Shown here piece after piece: positions 11,501 through 22,243 of a DNA stretch of 64,000 bases (positions are counted from its first letter, which is position 1; each line of letters begins with the position of its first letter). The notes beneath the pieces are model-generated. The model ran no database searches, was not told the origin of the DNA, and saw nothing but the letters and a program-made list of their open reading frames with translations. The stretch spans positions 18,166,001 through 18,230,000 of the forward strand of contig CM120641.1 in assembly GCA_051362555.1 (NCBI GenBank), in the 5' to 3' direction. This DNA is from Lingula anatina. Lineage: Eukaryota; Animalia; Brachiopoda. The position numbers were made by a program, and so were the translations under genes.

Positions 11501-14500
11501 TCACCATGAACTGAACTTTGCAAATTTTGCTTCCCTTTTATCTCCAAAACTGGATAGGTCCATAGTTTCTATTGAAGTTGAATAGGAAGTCATATACTGG
11601 CAATCTAAATGTGACCTTGAAATTGACCTTTGACCTACTTTTCACCATGAACTGAACTCTGCTAATTTCTTTCTCTTTTAACTCCAAACCTGGCAGAGAT
11701 AGGTCCATAGTTACTATTGAACTTGAATAGGAAGTCATATACTGCCAATCTAAATGTGACCTTGAAATTGACCTTTGACCTACTTTTCACCATAGTTTTT
11801 ATTGAACTTGAATAGAAAGTCATATACTGGCACATATTGGTGGTGAAAGCAAAATGTGCAGTACTGTAATGGATAATAAATTTTGAACTCCGGAAAAATA
11901 AAACATAAGGCTTGGCAAAGCAGACAACTTGTGGTCAAAAATGACATTATTTCATCAAATTTGAACATCTGGAACTTCAGAACACCTATTATTTCAAGAA
12001 TTTTGACCAAAATGACCTTTTCTTTATTTTAATTAATTTTTTCTGTAGGAAATTTATGGCACATTATGGTAACTCCAAAATTAAAACATTTAGTCCCTTA
12101 TATCTCCAAAACTGGCAGAGATAGGTCCATAGTTACTATTGAAGTTGAATAGGAAGTCATATACTGGCAATTTTACTGTGACCTTGAAATTGACCTTTGA
12201 CCTACTTTTCACCATGAACTGAACTTTGCATATTTTTCTTCCCTTTTATCTACAAAACTGGCAGAGATAGGTCCATAGTTACTATTGAACTTGAATAAGA
12301 AGTCAGAGATAGGTCCATAGTTTCTATTGAACTTGCATGGAAAGTCAAATACTGGCAATCTAAGTGTGACCTTGAAATTGACCTTTGACCTACTTTTTAT
12401 CATGAATTGAACTTTGCAAATTTTGGTTCCCTTTTATCTCCAAAACTGGCAGAGATAGGTCCATAGTTTCTATTGAACTTGCATGGAAAGTCATATACTG
12501 GCAATCTAAATGTGACCTTAAAATTGACCTTTGACCTACTTTTCACTATGAACTGAATTTTGCAAATTTCTTTCTCTTTTATCTCCAAACCTGGCAGAGA
12601 TAGGTCCATAGTTACCATTAAAGTTGAATAGGAAGTCATATACTGGCAATTTACTGTGACCTTGAAATTGACCTTTGACCTACCTTACGATGAACTTAAC
12701 TTTGATTGTACCATTTTAAGTTATATATATTTTTTGCATATTTTGAAAATTCTTGTTGATTGCATTTTTACAGCTTGTCAAGCATAAGACTGGTGGCTGT
12801 GTCCCTTCTTTTGTGTATGTGGAGGTCTATACCAATGCGCTTGCTCCAGCTGGTGGTACAATATTCGGAGGCGGTATCGCCTCTCTGATCCTCTAGTTGT
12901 ATTGGTTATTTCTGTGTGGTATATGTTGATGTGTACTGTAGAGTGACAATTGATTACACATAGTCTCCTCATTTACTGAAGTATTTTTTAATATCTTCTC
13001 CAGGACATGGCAGGTCTTCTCAAGCCAAATGCATCGAAGCTTTTGATTGGCTCCCTGAGAGAGAGATTCCCAGACATGCCCATCCATGTTCACACACATG
13101 ACACTGCAGGTGCTGGTGTGGCATCCATGTTGGCAGCTGCACAAGCAGGAGCTGATATCGTTGATGTGGCTGTGGATTCTCTCTCAGGACTAACTTCTCA
13201 GCCGAGCATGGGTGCAATTGTGGCTGCTGTGGAAAATACAGAATTGGATACTGGTATGTACATTTAAGTCTCTAACTTTAATTTCTTCTCTATTTCTCTT
13301 ATACTTGTGCCTAAGTTGTACCCAGTACATAATAATAATAAAAAAGAGCATTGCTTAAAACAGGTATATTACTGTCAATATTCTAATGCTGAAGGTGGTA
13401 CAAGTATGTCCCATTTGTATTCTTAAGTATTTTAACAGTATCTATAGCAAACACTTATTGACCTTATTTTAAGCTGACATGACGGGTATTAATTGAAACC
13501 ATTGTACATTATTCATTACATCACATTTGGCAAATGTATGAGTATTAAACATTTTAAAAAAAGGAGAAAAGATGACAAATTGTAATAAAAAGAATCTTTA
13601 ATATTTCAAAATATTTTCTCAGAAAGTTGAAAATTATAGATACCAGAAATGTTAACGTCTGGCTACAAGTGAATATATTTCCATTTTGGTAGAAACATGA
13701 ATTGCTCTTAAATTTATATCTTAGCATTAAATTACTGTACTTACTCTCTCTCCCTCTTTTTCTCTCTGTATACGTGTACTATTGTTAATACTAGGTATAA
13801 AACTGGATAATGTGTTTGACTACTCTGCGTACTGGGCTCAGGCCAGGCAGCTGTATGCTCCATTTGAATGCTGTACAACTCTGAAGAGCTCAAATGCTGA
13901 TGTCTACTTGAACGAGATCCCAGGTAAGAAAACACTGATTTGTGACCAGCTTAATATCAGATTTTAAAATTTTAAACAATGCATAGTGCTTATTGTTTAT
14001 GATGATGAAGTTGTAAGAAATAGAAATTGATTTCATATTTAAAATTTCATAAAGTGAATGTTTTTCCCACTAACGAAATGTTTTTGACGTATGCTTGAAT
14101 TGTACGTAGTCATATTTTTCAAAGATCTCCTCACCTTTCAATGATTTACAATCCATTGTCTTTTTACAGGAGGCCAGTACACCAATATTCAATTCCAGGC
14201 CTACAGCCTTGGACTAGCTGACCAGTTTGAGGAGGTGAAGAAGAAATATGCTGAGGCCAACCAGCTTTTAGGAGACATAATCAAGGTGAAGTGAAATTCA
14301 TGATCGACATGTTTGATATATTACAATTTTAAGCAGACATCAGGGTTCAAGACTTCAGAGACCTCAGGTGGAATATTTGCCAGAGGCAAATATGTACTAA
14401 AGAAGCATACTCATAAATGGGACAAACTGTATTATTGACTATATCTTTATTCTGCCAATGACATATCCATGTTATGATAGATGTGGAATATTTTCATCAG

Positions 14501-16468
14501 CTAAATTGTCTATACACTTCCTTAAATGCCTTTATTTATTTTAGGTGACTCCATCCTCAAAGGTTGTGGGAGATTTAGCTCAGTTTATGGTACAGAATAA
14601 GCTTACCGGGCAGATGGTAAAGGACAGAGCAGAAGAACTGGCGTTCCCTAACTCTGTCATACAGTATCTACAGGGCTACATTGGAGAACCGCCATTTGGA
14701 TTTCCAGAACCTCTGAGGAGTAAGGTAATTAGAAGGACATTTGGTAGATGGTTCCTGCATTAATTGGAGGATATGGTAGTTAAAAGATAACAGTTACTTA
14801 CATGCTTTAGTTGCCAAACATTATAATACCCCAACAGTTTTACCTTAAATTTAATATTATTTTTATCTTTTTATCTTTGAAAATCTTGGCTGTTTTGTGG
14901 GAAATTTTAGCTTACTATGGTCCACAGTGAAGACAAACACTGGATATCTTCAATCTATGATATTGCCGTTATTTTGTCTTTTTTATCATTACCCTTGAGG
15001 CCACACTGGGATTATTAATCACAATTCTTTATTTCAGGTGTTAAAAGATAAACCAAGAATTAAAGGCAGGCCAGGGGAATCTTTGCCAGACATGGACTTT
15101 GATCAATTACATTCACAGTTGGTTGAAAGACATGGAAAGAATGTCACAGATAAAGAAGTGATGAGTGCTGCCCTCTATCCTAAAGTTACTGAAGAATACC
15201 TAGAATTCAAGGAAACATATGGCCCTGTACAAAGACTGGAAAGCAAATTGTTCTTCACAGGACCTCTCATTGGGCAAGAAATCCAGGTATGAGAAAGGCA
15301 CTTTTGCAGCAAATGACTTCATAGGGACAAGAGTGTTTCAGTTGTATTTATAACTGGATACAGTAATCTGTTAGATTGTATGTAGAAGTTTTATGCAGGT
15401 CGACTCACTAGCACTGTTGGTATGCATGTAAGTATTTCTATGAATCGTCAAATGTTGCCCTTTATCATTACATGTATATGATTGAAAAATATAATAACAG
15501 ACTACACTTGTTGTTTGTGATATCTTTGTATTTGCTGTAGCAAATCAGAGTGTATTAATTGAAACCAACCATATTGTTTTAGGTGGAAATTGAGAAGGGA
15601 AAAACCTTGCACATCAAGACCTTGGCAGTGTCTGAGAAACTGACCAAGACTGGGGAAAGGGAGGTGTTCTTTGAGCTCAATGGACAGTTAAGATCTGTTC
15701 TAGTCAAAGATCTGGAAGCTATGAAGGTATGTCTGTTTTGATAAATAGAGATTATTTCAGAGACTGCACTAAAATGGGTTTTGCAGTTTTTTTCTGTGGT
15801 TTGATATCAGGTTGCCTTTAACATACAAATGACTTTTAGAAAACACACTAATGTGCATGGTTTATAAAATATAAATTATTTTTTTCTCCATATGTGAAAC
15901 TTGTGTGCAATTCAGATTTTATTTTACTTGCCATTTGTTTCAATAGTTAGTTATATGTTGTAAAACATTTTCAAGAATTTGCTTCTGAGAGGAAATTGTC
16001 ATGATAGTTTTTCTGTAAATTTTCGCAGATTTTTTTTCCCATAAAGAAGATAAAGAAGCAGTGAATTGTCTGTTATGCCTGGTGTTATAATCTAGAAACT
16101 AAGAATCTGTAGGTTCTCTTAGTCTCAAGAAATCCATGTTCACTTTACTACATTTTTATTTTTGATTTGGAATGTTTATCCAAAATGAACAAGTACATCA
16201 TTCTATTTTCTGTCAGGAAATGCACTTCCATCCTAAGGCTCTAAAAGGAGTCAAGGGTTCCATTGGGTCTCCAATGCCTGGAAACGTGGTAGACATCAAG
16301 GTGAAGGAAGGGGACAGGGTTAAACAGGGAGATACTCTTTTGGTGCTGTCCGCCATGAAGATGGAAATGACTGTCACTGCTCCAATTGATGGCATTGTGA
16401 AAAAAGTAGCTGTCACAAAAGACATGAAACTGGAGGGAGATGATTTGTTAATGGAAATTGAGGCCTGA
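2527..16468 (+). CDS. PC: Pyruvate carboxylase, mitochondrial (5'-partial; transit peptide and first coding exon(s) upstream of window)
   Basis: Exons: 2527-2711, 3013-3178, 3490-3635, 4017-4134, 4352-4622, 5084-5246, 5650-5832, 6097-6331, 8190-8414, 8958-9114, 9501-9607, 9870-10000, 13004-13253, 13795-13923, 14170-14285, 14545-14724, 15038-15286, 15583-15726, 16217-16468. Phases are consistent (about 1134 codons). Motifs: [68 protein letters not shown], and biotin-attachment AMKM. Confidence 0.98.
4851..4897. repeat. (CATTA)n pentanucleotide microsatellite in PC intron
   Basis: About 9 perfect CATTA units. Confidence 0.95.
6626..6643 (+). CDS. PC: Candidate 18-nt alternative microexon of PC (G-PFDHH)
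   Basis: tgc + T-tract + gtag|GACCTTTTGATCATCACT|gtaaga; phase 1-1, matches flanking exons, no stop. Confidence 0.6.
7066..7083 (+). CDS. PC: Candidate 18-nt alternative microexon of PC (x-TTTTQ)
   Basis: T-tract + gtgcag|GTACAACAACAACCCAGG|gtaact; phase 1-1, no stop. Confidence 0.6.
9101..9260 (+). repeat. 28-bp minisatellite (6 copies) derived from a PC exon end plus its 5' splice site
   Basis: Core ATGTGGTCTACAA|GTGAGT recurs with donor positions at 9115, 9143, 9171 (mutated to AT), 9199, 9227, 9255. Confidence 0.92.
10216..12897 (+). mobile_element. Non-autonomous Helentron-associated element (HINE/DINE-1-like) with internal satellite array, inside a PC intron
   Basis: Perfect 15-bp subterminal inverted repeat TATTGTACCACCAGC (10216-10230 / 12849-12863); 5' partner IR at 10237-10248; GC-rich microsatellite 10261-10328; internal tandem repeats containing TGACCTTGAAATTGACCTTTGACC; 3' hairpin GAGGCG-gtat-CGCCTC (12868-12883); CTAGT end; no coding capacity. 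Confidence 0.85.
11230..12705. repeat. ~145-bp satellite monomers in two blocks within the HINE-like element
   Basis: GGCAGAGATAGGTCCATAGTT anchor (some copies partial) at about 11246, 11411, 11551, 11692, 12114, 12260, 12304, 12448, 12593; clean spacings 145-146 bp. Confidence 0.9.
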
Positions 16469-16929
16469 TTGAGTTTGTGAATATTAATATATAGTTAAAA
16501 TTTTTAAAAAAGAAAAAAAAATGCCAGCTTTGTTGTATTTGATGCTTTAAATAATGGCAAGTTTGAATATTATGGCATGGAATGCATAATTGTGTGTATG
16601 GAAGGAATGATTATACAATTGTTATTTTAATTGCCATTGTCTTGATGCCATACTAAAAAAATATTATTAATAGTACTGATAGTAGATAGAATTATAGGTT
16701 AAATGTCTAGTCCATATACTTAAACCACAGCTAGATAATGCACAAATACAGCTGAGGTTGGCATCTTCTTAACATCATGGATTTGAAATCTGTTAATATG
16801 CCATGTATACTAGTATAGGAAGATGGTTAAAATTAATGTTGTCAGAAGGGGTGTTGGTGCTCTTATAAGAAACTTTTTTTTAATTTCATTTTTTTCTGAT
16901 TTTATTATTTGTGCAGAGTGGATTTTTTG

Positions 16930-16931
<2 letters not shown>

Positions 16932-16977
<46 letters not shown>
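16932..16977. repeat. Poly(T) tract in probable PC 3' UTR (AATAAA at 17221)
   Basis: About 46 consecutive T; candidate polyadenylation signal downstream. Confidence 0.8.
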
Positions 16978-16978
<1 letters not shown>

Positions 16979-18807
16979 AGTAACAAAAATGAATATTTGC
17001 AAATATAGGTGGATGTCATTGCTTTGTATAAATGTACTCGTGTCAGGATTGGAGTTCACATGTACAATTGAAATGTTTACGTCTAAATTTTATTTACACA
17101 ATTCAATGAAAAACTGAGAATATCTAGAACATTGTATAATGAAGTGCTTTTGAAAAACAAAACTTCAAAGGGATCTTTTGATTGCCCAGTATAATTAGGC
17201 ACAAGCAATATTTTGTTTTGAATAAAATGTAGTATGTAAATATTTTGTGTGGTGTTCAAGTTCTTCATCATTGAAAAAAGCAGGAAATCTGATAGTTCTA
17301 CAAAAGTGTAAAATAATTTGAAAAAAAAACGGAAGGTTGGCCCACTCTACTAATTAGACTCTTGGATCCATTTAATAAAAAGCACTGTAAAGAAAGGAAC
17401 AACCGTCAAAGTTGTCGCAAGAACTGGCACTTGACTACATTCTTGTGATGCGAGAAAATACCACTGCAGGACCGACAATCTTAGTGGCTATTAATATGTT
17501 AAAAGGATTCTTCCAGCACAGCTGTCGCAAAAAAAAACCTGGTGTCATACATGATTAGCCCCATAAAACGAATCCGTTCCTTAAAACCGGTAAGTTGACA
17601 GTGAAGATATTTGTCGATGTTGAAAAAACTTGAATAAATAAAGAATACCTAAAATGAACTGTTTTCACTGTTACCCTTTCCCTGGGCCGCAGATTGATTT
17701 TTCACTAGATATTCAGAGATCAAATTCGTGATATTTTATTCTACTGCCCAATTTTGGTATGGAATCAATTGCGTCACACAGTTGGCCCCTTTTTCTGACA
17801 CATTCTATAAGAACGGTAACGATTTTGAATACCTGCACGAAGTAGTCCGATAATACGTGAGGATATATGTATATATTTCGTGGGCCCCATGGCTAGTTGC
17901 ACTATACCCTGAATCAAAGTTTTCTATAAATTGTTTCAGATTGATAGATGCGTTTTTTTAACACAAACATGCAAATGAATGTCGTGCTTATGCTTTGAGA
18001 TCGGCCTTTTTTATGGAATAATTCGGACAAGCTCCAGATCAAAGTAGAACGTAATTGACTGACACTAAATGAACGCACATACATGTACAGTCCAGTATAC
18101 ACTCCACTCTTCCTAATTATTAAAGTTTAGTCGATCTAGTGATTTAATCATACTTTCTTGACATCAATTTACAGTAATGGCTTCGGCAGTAAATGGATAT
18201 TTGTAAATGTTTAAACAGTCTAATGGAAAATTGTAATGCAGTGAGTGAACTTACTGATTCACTTTGGTTAAAAGATGATAAAAACAGTAAGAATGACATA
18301 CATATTTCATGTGTTAAAAGTACTCAAGTGGAAAACAACCCCTGCAAAGGGAGAAACAATGTATTAAGTTGGGCAAATAGAAAATAAATGAATATTTTTT
18401 AGGTGTGAAAACGATCGAATAGTAAGTGGTTGTCACAGAAGATGAACAACGGTATTCAGTGGGATACTTATAAAAATTATAATCGGATATGGTAAAGTTC
18501 TGTTAATCGTTTGTCAACCCAATTATAATTAGCTACGGTGATGGGATTAGCTATTTTGTTTTTTATAAAAAGTTAAAACTTTACTACCGGGCCTAACCCT
18601 AAAACCGTTTTCTTCAGTTATTGGGTTGGCCTTCCCCCTTAAGGGCTCTCTCAAGTTCAATCTGTTTAATGGCAGTCTTACCCGTAGGTATTACAAGTCA
18701 CTCGATATATGCCACTACACCAGGGATTCAATTCACGTCAATTTGTACTGGTCTCCTATGCTACTTATTTTACCATCTCAAACCACATTAGATAATGAAT
18801 ACGAACT

Positions 18808-18886
18808 TCCTAGCAAACACAGATCGTTATTAGAACGTTACCATTACGTTATGGTAACATTCTAGTAACGAGCTGTGTTGGCTGGG
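18808..18886. mobile_element. Short palindromic MITE-like remnant
   Basis: CCTAGCAAACACAGATCGTTATTAGAACGTTACCAT pairs with ATGGTAACATTCTAGTAACGAGCTGTGTTGGCTGGG, loop about 6 nt. Confidence 0.65.
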
Positions 18887-19572
18887 TTTAAGATCGCAAA
18901 CAAAAAGAGTATTATGTAACTCTGCAGTTTGTCTTTTTTTCAACCTTAATTTCATTTTTTCAAATATGAGGAAAACTACATGTTGGAGGTGCAGCTCTAA
19001 CAGTAATTCGGTTATATTAGGTCTTTATTTATAATAGAAGCCCCTATATATAGTATTCGTGCGAATGTCGCTTGATTTATTCATGTACTTCGTTCACAGT
19101 TGTAAGCCCATTTTGTCATCAAGAAAGCTGTAGTTAATGGAATATTGCTATAAATATCAATTTGCTAATCGTATTTAACATGTTCTTCAAACGCGTTTTC
19201 TAGGCAAAGGCCTATATGATTGAACAGAAGCTTGCGAGATGGATTGCCACCCAAAGTTATATATACCAAATTGAAATTGCAAGTCAAAGTTATATAAATG
19301 TTAACAAACTACAATCTGCACCTTTATCTTAAAATCAGTCCTTTAAAAGCTTTTTAACTTGGTGTATGGGGAGGGGCAGAAAAGATCACGTTCAAAATCT
19401 CTATAGGGTCTTAATTTTGCAGCAGATCTGCCATCATTCTGTGTATTCAGGCAGTCAGGTAGACTATAAGGGCAACTTTTTCTGAATCGAGTGAAGGCAT
19501 TTGTTGATTCCAATATGTTAAAATGCAGATCCATGTGTATTGAACTCGATAAACATTGATATTATATGAAAC

Positions 19573-19682
19573 TGATTACGTAACGTCACACAATTTCGAG
19601 TGCGTAGAAATGTAAAACGTCATGCATGCGCTTTGTTGATTATGACGCGATGATGACGTAGCCAAACAATCATGACGTCATG
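19573..19682. promoter_or_regulatory. Cluster of bZIP (CRE-like) sites, probable promoter of the Ig-domain gene
   Basis: TTACGTAA 19576-19583, several TGACG/CGTCA half-sites, full TGACGTCA 19673-19680; followed by a donor-like AAG|GTATCT near 19768 and an acceptor near 20333 just before the ATG. Confidence 0.5.
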
Positions 19683-20347
19683 ATGGTCTCCAGGAAGTAG
19701 AATGACAACCATTTGAAATGCTGTCTGAAGATTTATATCCCCTCCGCTATGAAAAGGAATTTTGTAAGGTATCTAACCATGCACGGTTTGTAAGGTAACC
19801 AAATATGCACAATTTTCATATTGATAATGTGCATGCTAATAGTTTTTGTCCTCGAAATAAGGTTGGCACCTGCATTTTTACTCAAGCCTATTTTTATTAT
19901 AGGCCCCTACTGTTTTTAAACTGTTTTGCTGATAGAGTCACGTTACAATTTTAGCTATTTAGTAGAGCAAAGTGCCTATGGTTTAAAGTGTCGTGAGAGT
20001 GAGAGAATGAGTGAGAGAGAGAGAAAGTTCACAAGACAATTTTAAGCAAATCAGATTTTGAGAAGCGTTCTTCACACCGTTCGCCTGATCGCTTATCACC
20101 TGAAAATCGTTCAGAATACAAAATACTACCCTAAATACGCTTATTTACAATTATCCTATTTTATAGAAGAAATGGCTTGTTACCCCTCTTGATACCTAAT
20201 AATTTTTAAGATTTAGTGTCTGACCTTCCGAGAGTGGCTACCCTTTTTGCGTTCTGCAGTTCTGTGTGATTCTTTGATTTTATGTTATACTACGTCTGTT
20301 ATAAAATGAAGCACTCACTATTTTCTTGAAAAGGTCAGTTAAATGCG

Positions 20348-22243
20348 ATGGACAGAAACCTAAGTTTTTTGAAACGTTTTCTTTTCAGTTGTGTCTTCTG
20401 TTTTTTAATCGTTGCAACCGGTGAAACAAAAGATGTTGAGACTCTTTTAAAGTTGGATGCTGAAAAAGATCTCCGTGAGCAAGCAGAGGATTATCTTACA
20501 ATCGACAATACTAATTTCATAAAACTAGAATCTGAAACAATAGAACTGAATTGTAATACCAAGTATTTAAAGGCATGGCGGGGAGAATTTCCAACTGGGA
20601 ACCTAAAATGGTTAAAGAATGGAAAATCATTTGAATTAGATGCATCACGGATGTTCAACGAAGACCAAGTGTTGACAATAAGTAACTTGCAACCATCTGA
20701 TACAGGTGTTTATTTGTGTCAATGGGAATTCGTTATACAGACAATAAAAAGAAAGGGTTTATTTGGAACGAAAAAGAAAGCCCTTTTACGTACTCCAACT
20801 GTAGGAGTGTTTTCAATTGCCGTGAGAAGTAAAAAGCCACTCATCAACACGCGAGCCGGGCTAAGTGTAGAACTAGATTGCCATGGTGCGACTCTGGGTG
20901 CATTGTTGAATAAAACAAATCAACGTTGGTATTTAAATGGCAAAGTCGTCATTGACTACAAGTCGACGCCACCTCAAGATGTCGAAAAGCAGACGATCGA
21001 GGTGAAACCAGGAATGGCGGGAGAATGGACATGCGTCATTACGCATACTCCAACCATGAAATACTGGGTAACTGCTTGTTTTTTAATGACAGTAGGTCCG
21101 TCGCTTTCTATATGGGAGAAAATGATTCGACAACCTTTTTATCTGATATGTTTTGTCTTAGCTGTAGCTTTTATTGCTGCAATCCCGATCATGTTGCTTA
21201 TGGGACGTTTTCAGAGCAAACATAAAGAAGCTCAGGCACAATATGAAAAATTCAAAGACAAATTTGGAGATGGCAAGTCACCGTTTGTGGGAGACACAGA
21301 CGATGAAAACGAAGAATATAAGGATGGCGCTAGTTCAGAGGAAGAGGAGGAAGAGGAAGGGGAGGAAGAGAATGAAGAGGAGATGGAAACGTATGAAGTA
21401 GCTCACACCCCGGCATTTAATCGCGACGTAAACCAGATAAACAGTGTTCCTGTGAATGGTGCCTTTACAGGGTTGAATGACATCTTAACCAGAGCATTTC
21501 AACCAAATGACAACAACGCGGGATTTAATATACAGAACTTCTTTCAAGGCGCAACACACCGACCGCAAAGTCCTTTGGAAGAGGAAGTTATTCCCAAAGA
21601 TTCTCCCACACGTCTTCCTCCTATGCAATCTTTGCATAGGCAAAACACAAGTAGTTTGATTGAGGCGGAAGAAACCGGTTACGCGCAACACCCTGGAGAG
21701 ATGCCTATGTCAGTGTCAAGCGCGTCAACATTTGCTGCCGACACCTCGATCTATTCACAAATATCACCTGAAGCTTCCTTATTTAACTTACGCACACCCA
21801 GAGTTTCTCAAAATGTGGTACAAAACCCCATGCACAACTACTATCAAAATGAAGTCACCTCTCACAGCCAAATAGATTCAGTGGGAGGTTATCCTGAGCC
21901 AGAGAACAGTCGAGCACCTTCCTATGTGTCAATGTCAGCGGGTTCCGAGAGTAGGAATCAGTTCCCTCCACCTTTAACTCCAGGTCGCTCACCTATAGAG
22001 AACATGCTACGAAAGCGCAACTACTATCAAAATGAAGTCGCCCCTCACAGCCAAATAGATTCAGTGGGAGGTTATCCTGAGCCAGAGGACAGTCGAGCAC
22101 CTTCCTATGTGTCAATGTCAGCGGGTTCCGAGAGTAGGAATCAGTTCCCTCCACCTTTAACTCCAGGTCGCTCACCTATAGAGAACATGCTTCGAAAGCG
22201 TCTGGAACTTACTGGACCCCCTTTTCACCCCGGGGAACAGTAA
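20348..22243 (+). CDS. Intronless type I membrane protein: signal peptide, two Ig-like domains, TM helix, acidic juxtamembrane stretch, long Ser/Pro-rich cytoplasmic tail (631 aa)
   Basis: Hydrophobic N-terminus; Ig1 IELNC..WLKNG..LTISNLQPSDTGVYLC; Ig2 VELDC..WYLNG..GEWTC; TM FYLICFVLAVAFIAAIPIMLLMG; poly-Glu; 1.9-kb open frame in AT-rich DNA. Confidence 0.9.
   Translation: MDRNLSFLKRFLFSCVFCFLIVATGETKDVETLLKLDAEKDLREQAEDYLTIDNTNFIKLESETIELNCNTKYLKAWRGEFPTGNLKWLKNGKSFELDASRMFNEDQVLTISNLQPSDTGVYLCQWEFVIQTIKRKGLFGTKKKALLRTPTVGVFSIAVRSKKPLINTRAGLSVELDCHGATLGALLNKTNQRWYLNGKVVIDYKSTPPQDVEKQTIEVKPGMAGEWTCVITHTPTMKYWVTACFLMTVGPSLSIWEKMIRQPFYLICFVLAVAFIAAIPIMLLMGRFQSKHKEAQAQYEKFKDKFGDGKSPFVGDTDDENEEYKDGASSEEEEEEEGEEENEEEMETYEVAHTPAFNRDVNQINSVPVNGAFTGLNDILTRAFQPNDNNAGFNIQNFFQGATHRPQSPLEEEVIPKDSPTRLPPMQSLHRQNTSSLIEAEETGYAQHPGEMPMSVSSASTFAADTSIYSQISPEASLFNLRTPRVSQNVVQNPMHNYYQNEVTSHSQIDSVGGYPEPENSRAPSYVSMSAGSESRNQFPPPLTPGRSPIENMLRKRNYYQNEVAPHSQIDSVGGYPEPEDSRAPSYVSMSAGSESRNQFPPPLTPGRSPIENMLRKRLELTGPPFHPGEQ
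21835..22200 (+). repeat. 183-bp (61-aa) in-frame tandem duplication, 2 near-identical copies
   Basis: CAACTACTATCAAAATGAAGTC at 21835 and 22018; only a few substitutions between copies. Confidence 0.97.

Noticed and set aside
10945-12639. Family of similar short minus-strand ORFs; CRISPR-like periodicity
   Set aside because: Translations of satellite monomers; units repeat in full with no unique spacers, no cas genes, and the DNA is eukaryotic.
16810-17019. Poly-Lys / poly-Phe ORFs
   Set aside because: Artefacts of the poly(T) tract; the same applies to ORFs over other homopolymer and (TA)n runs.
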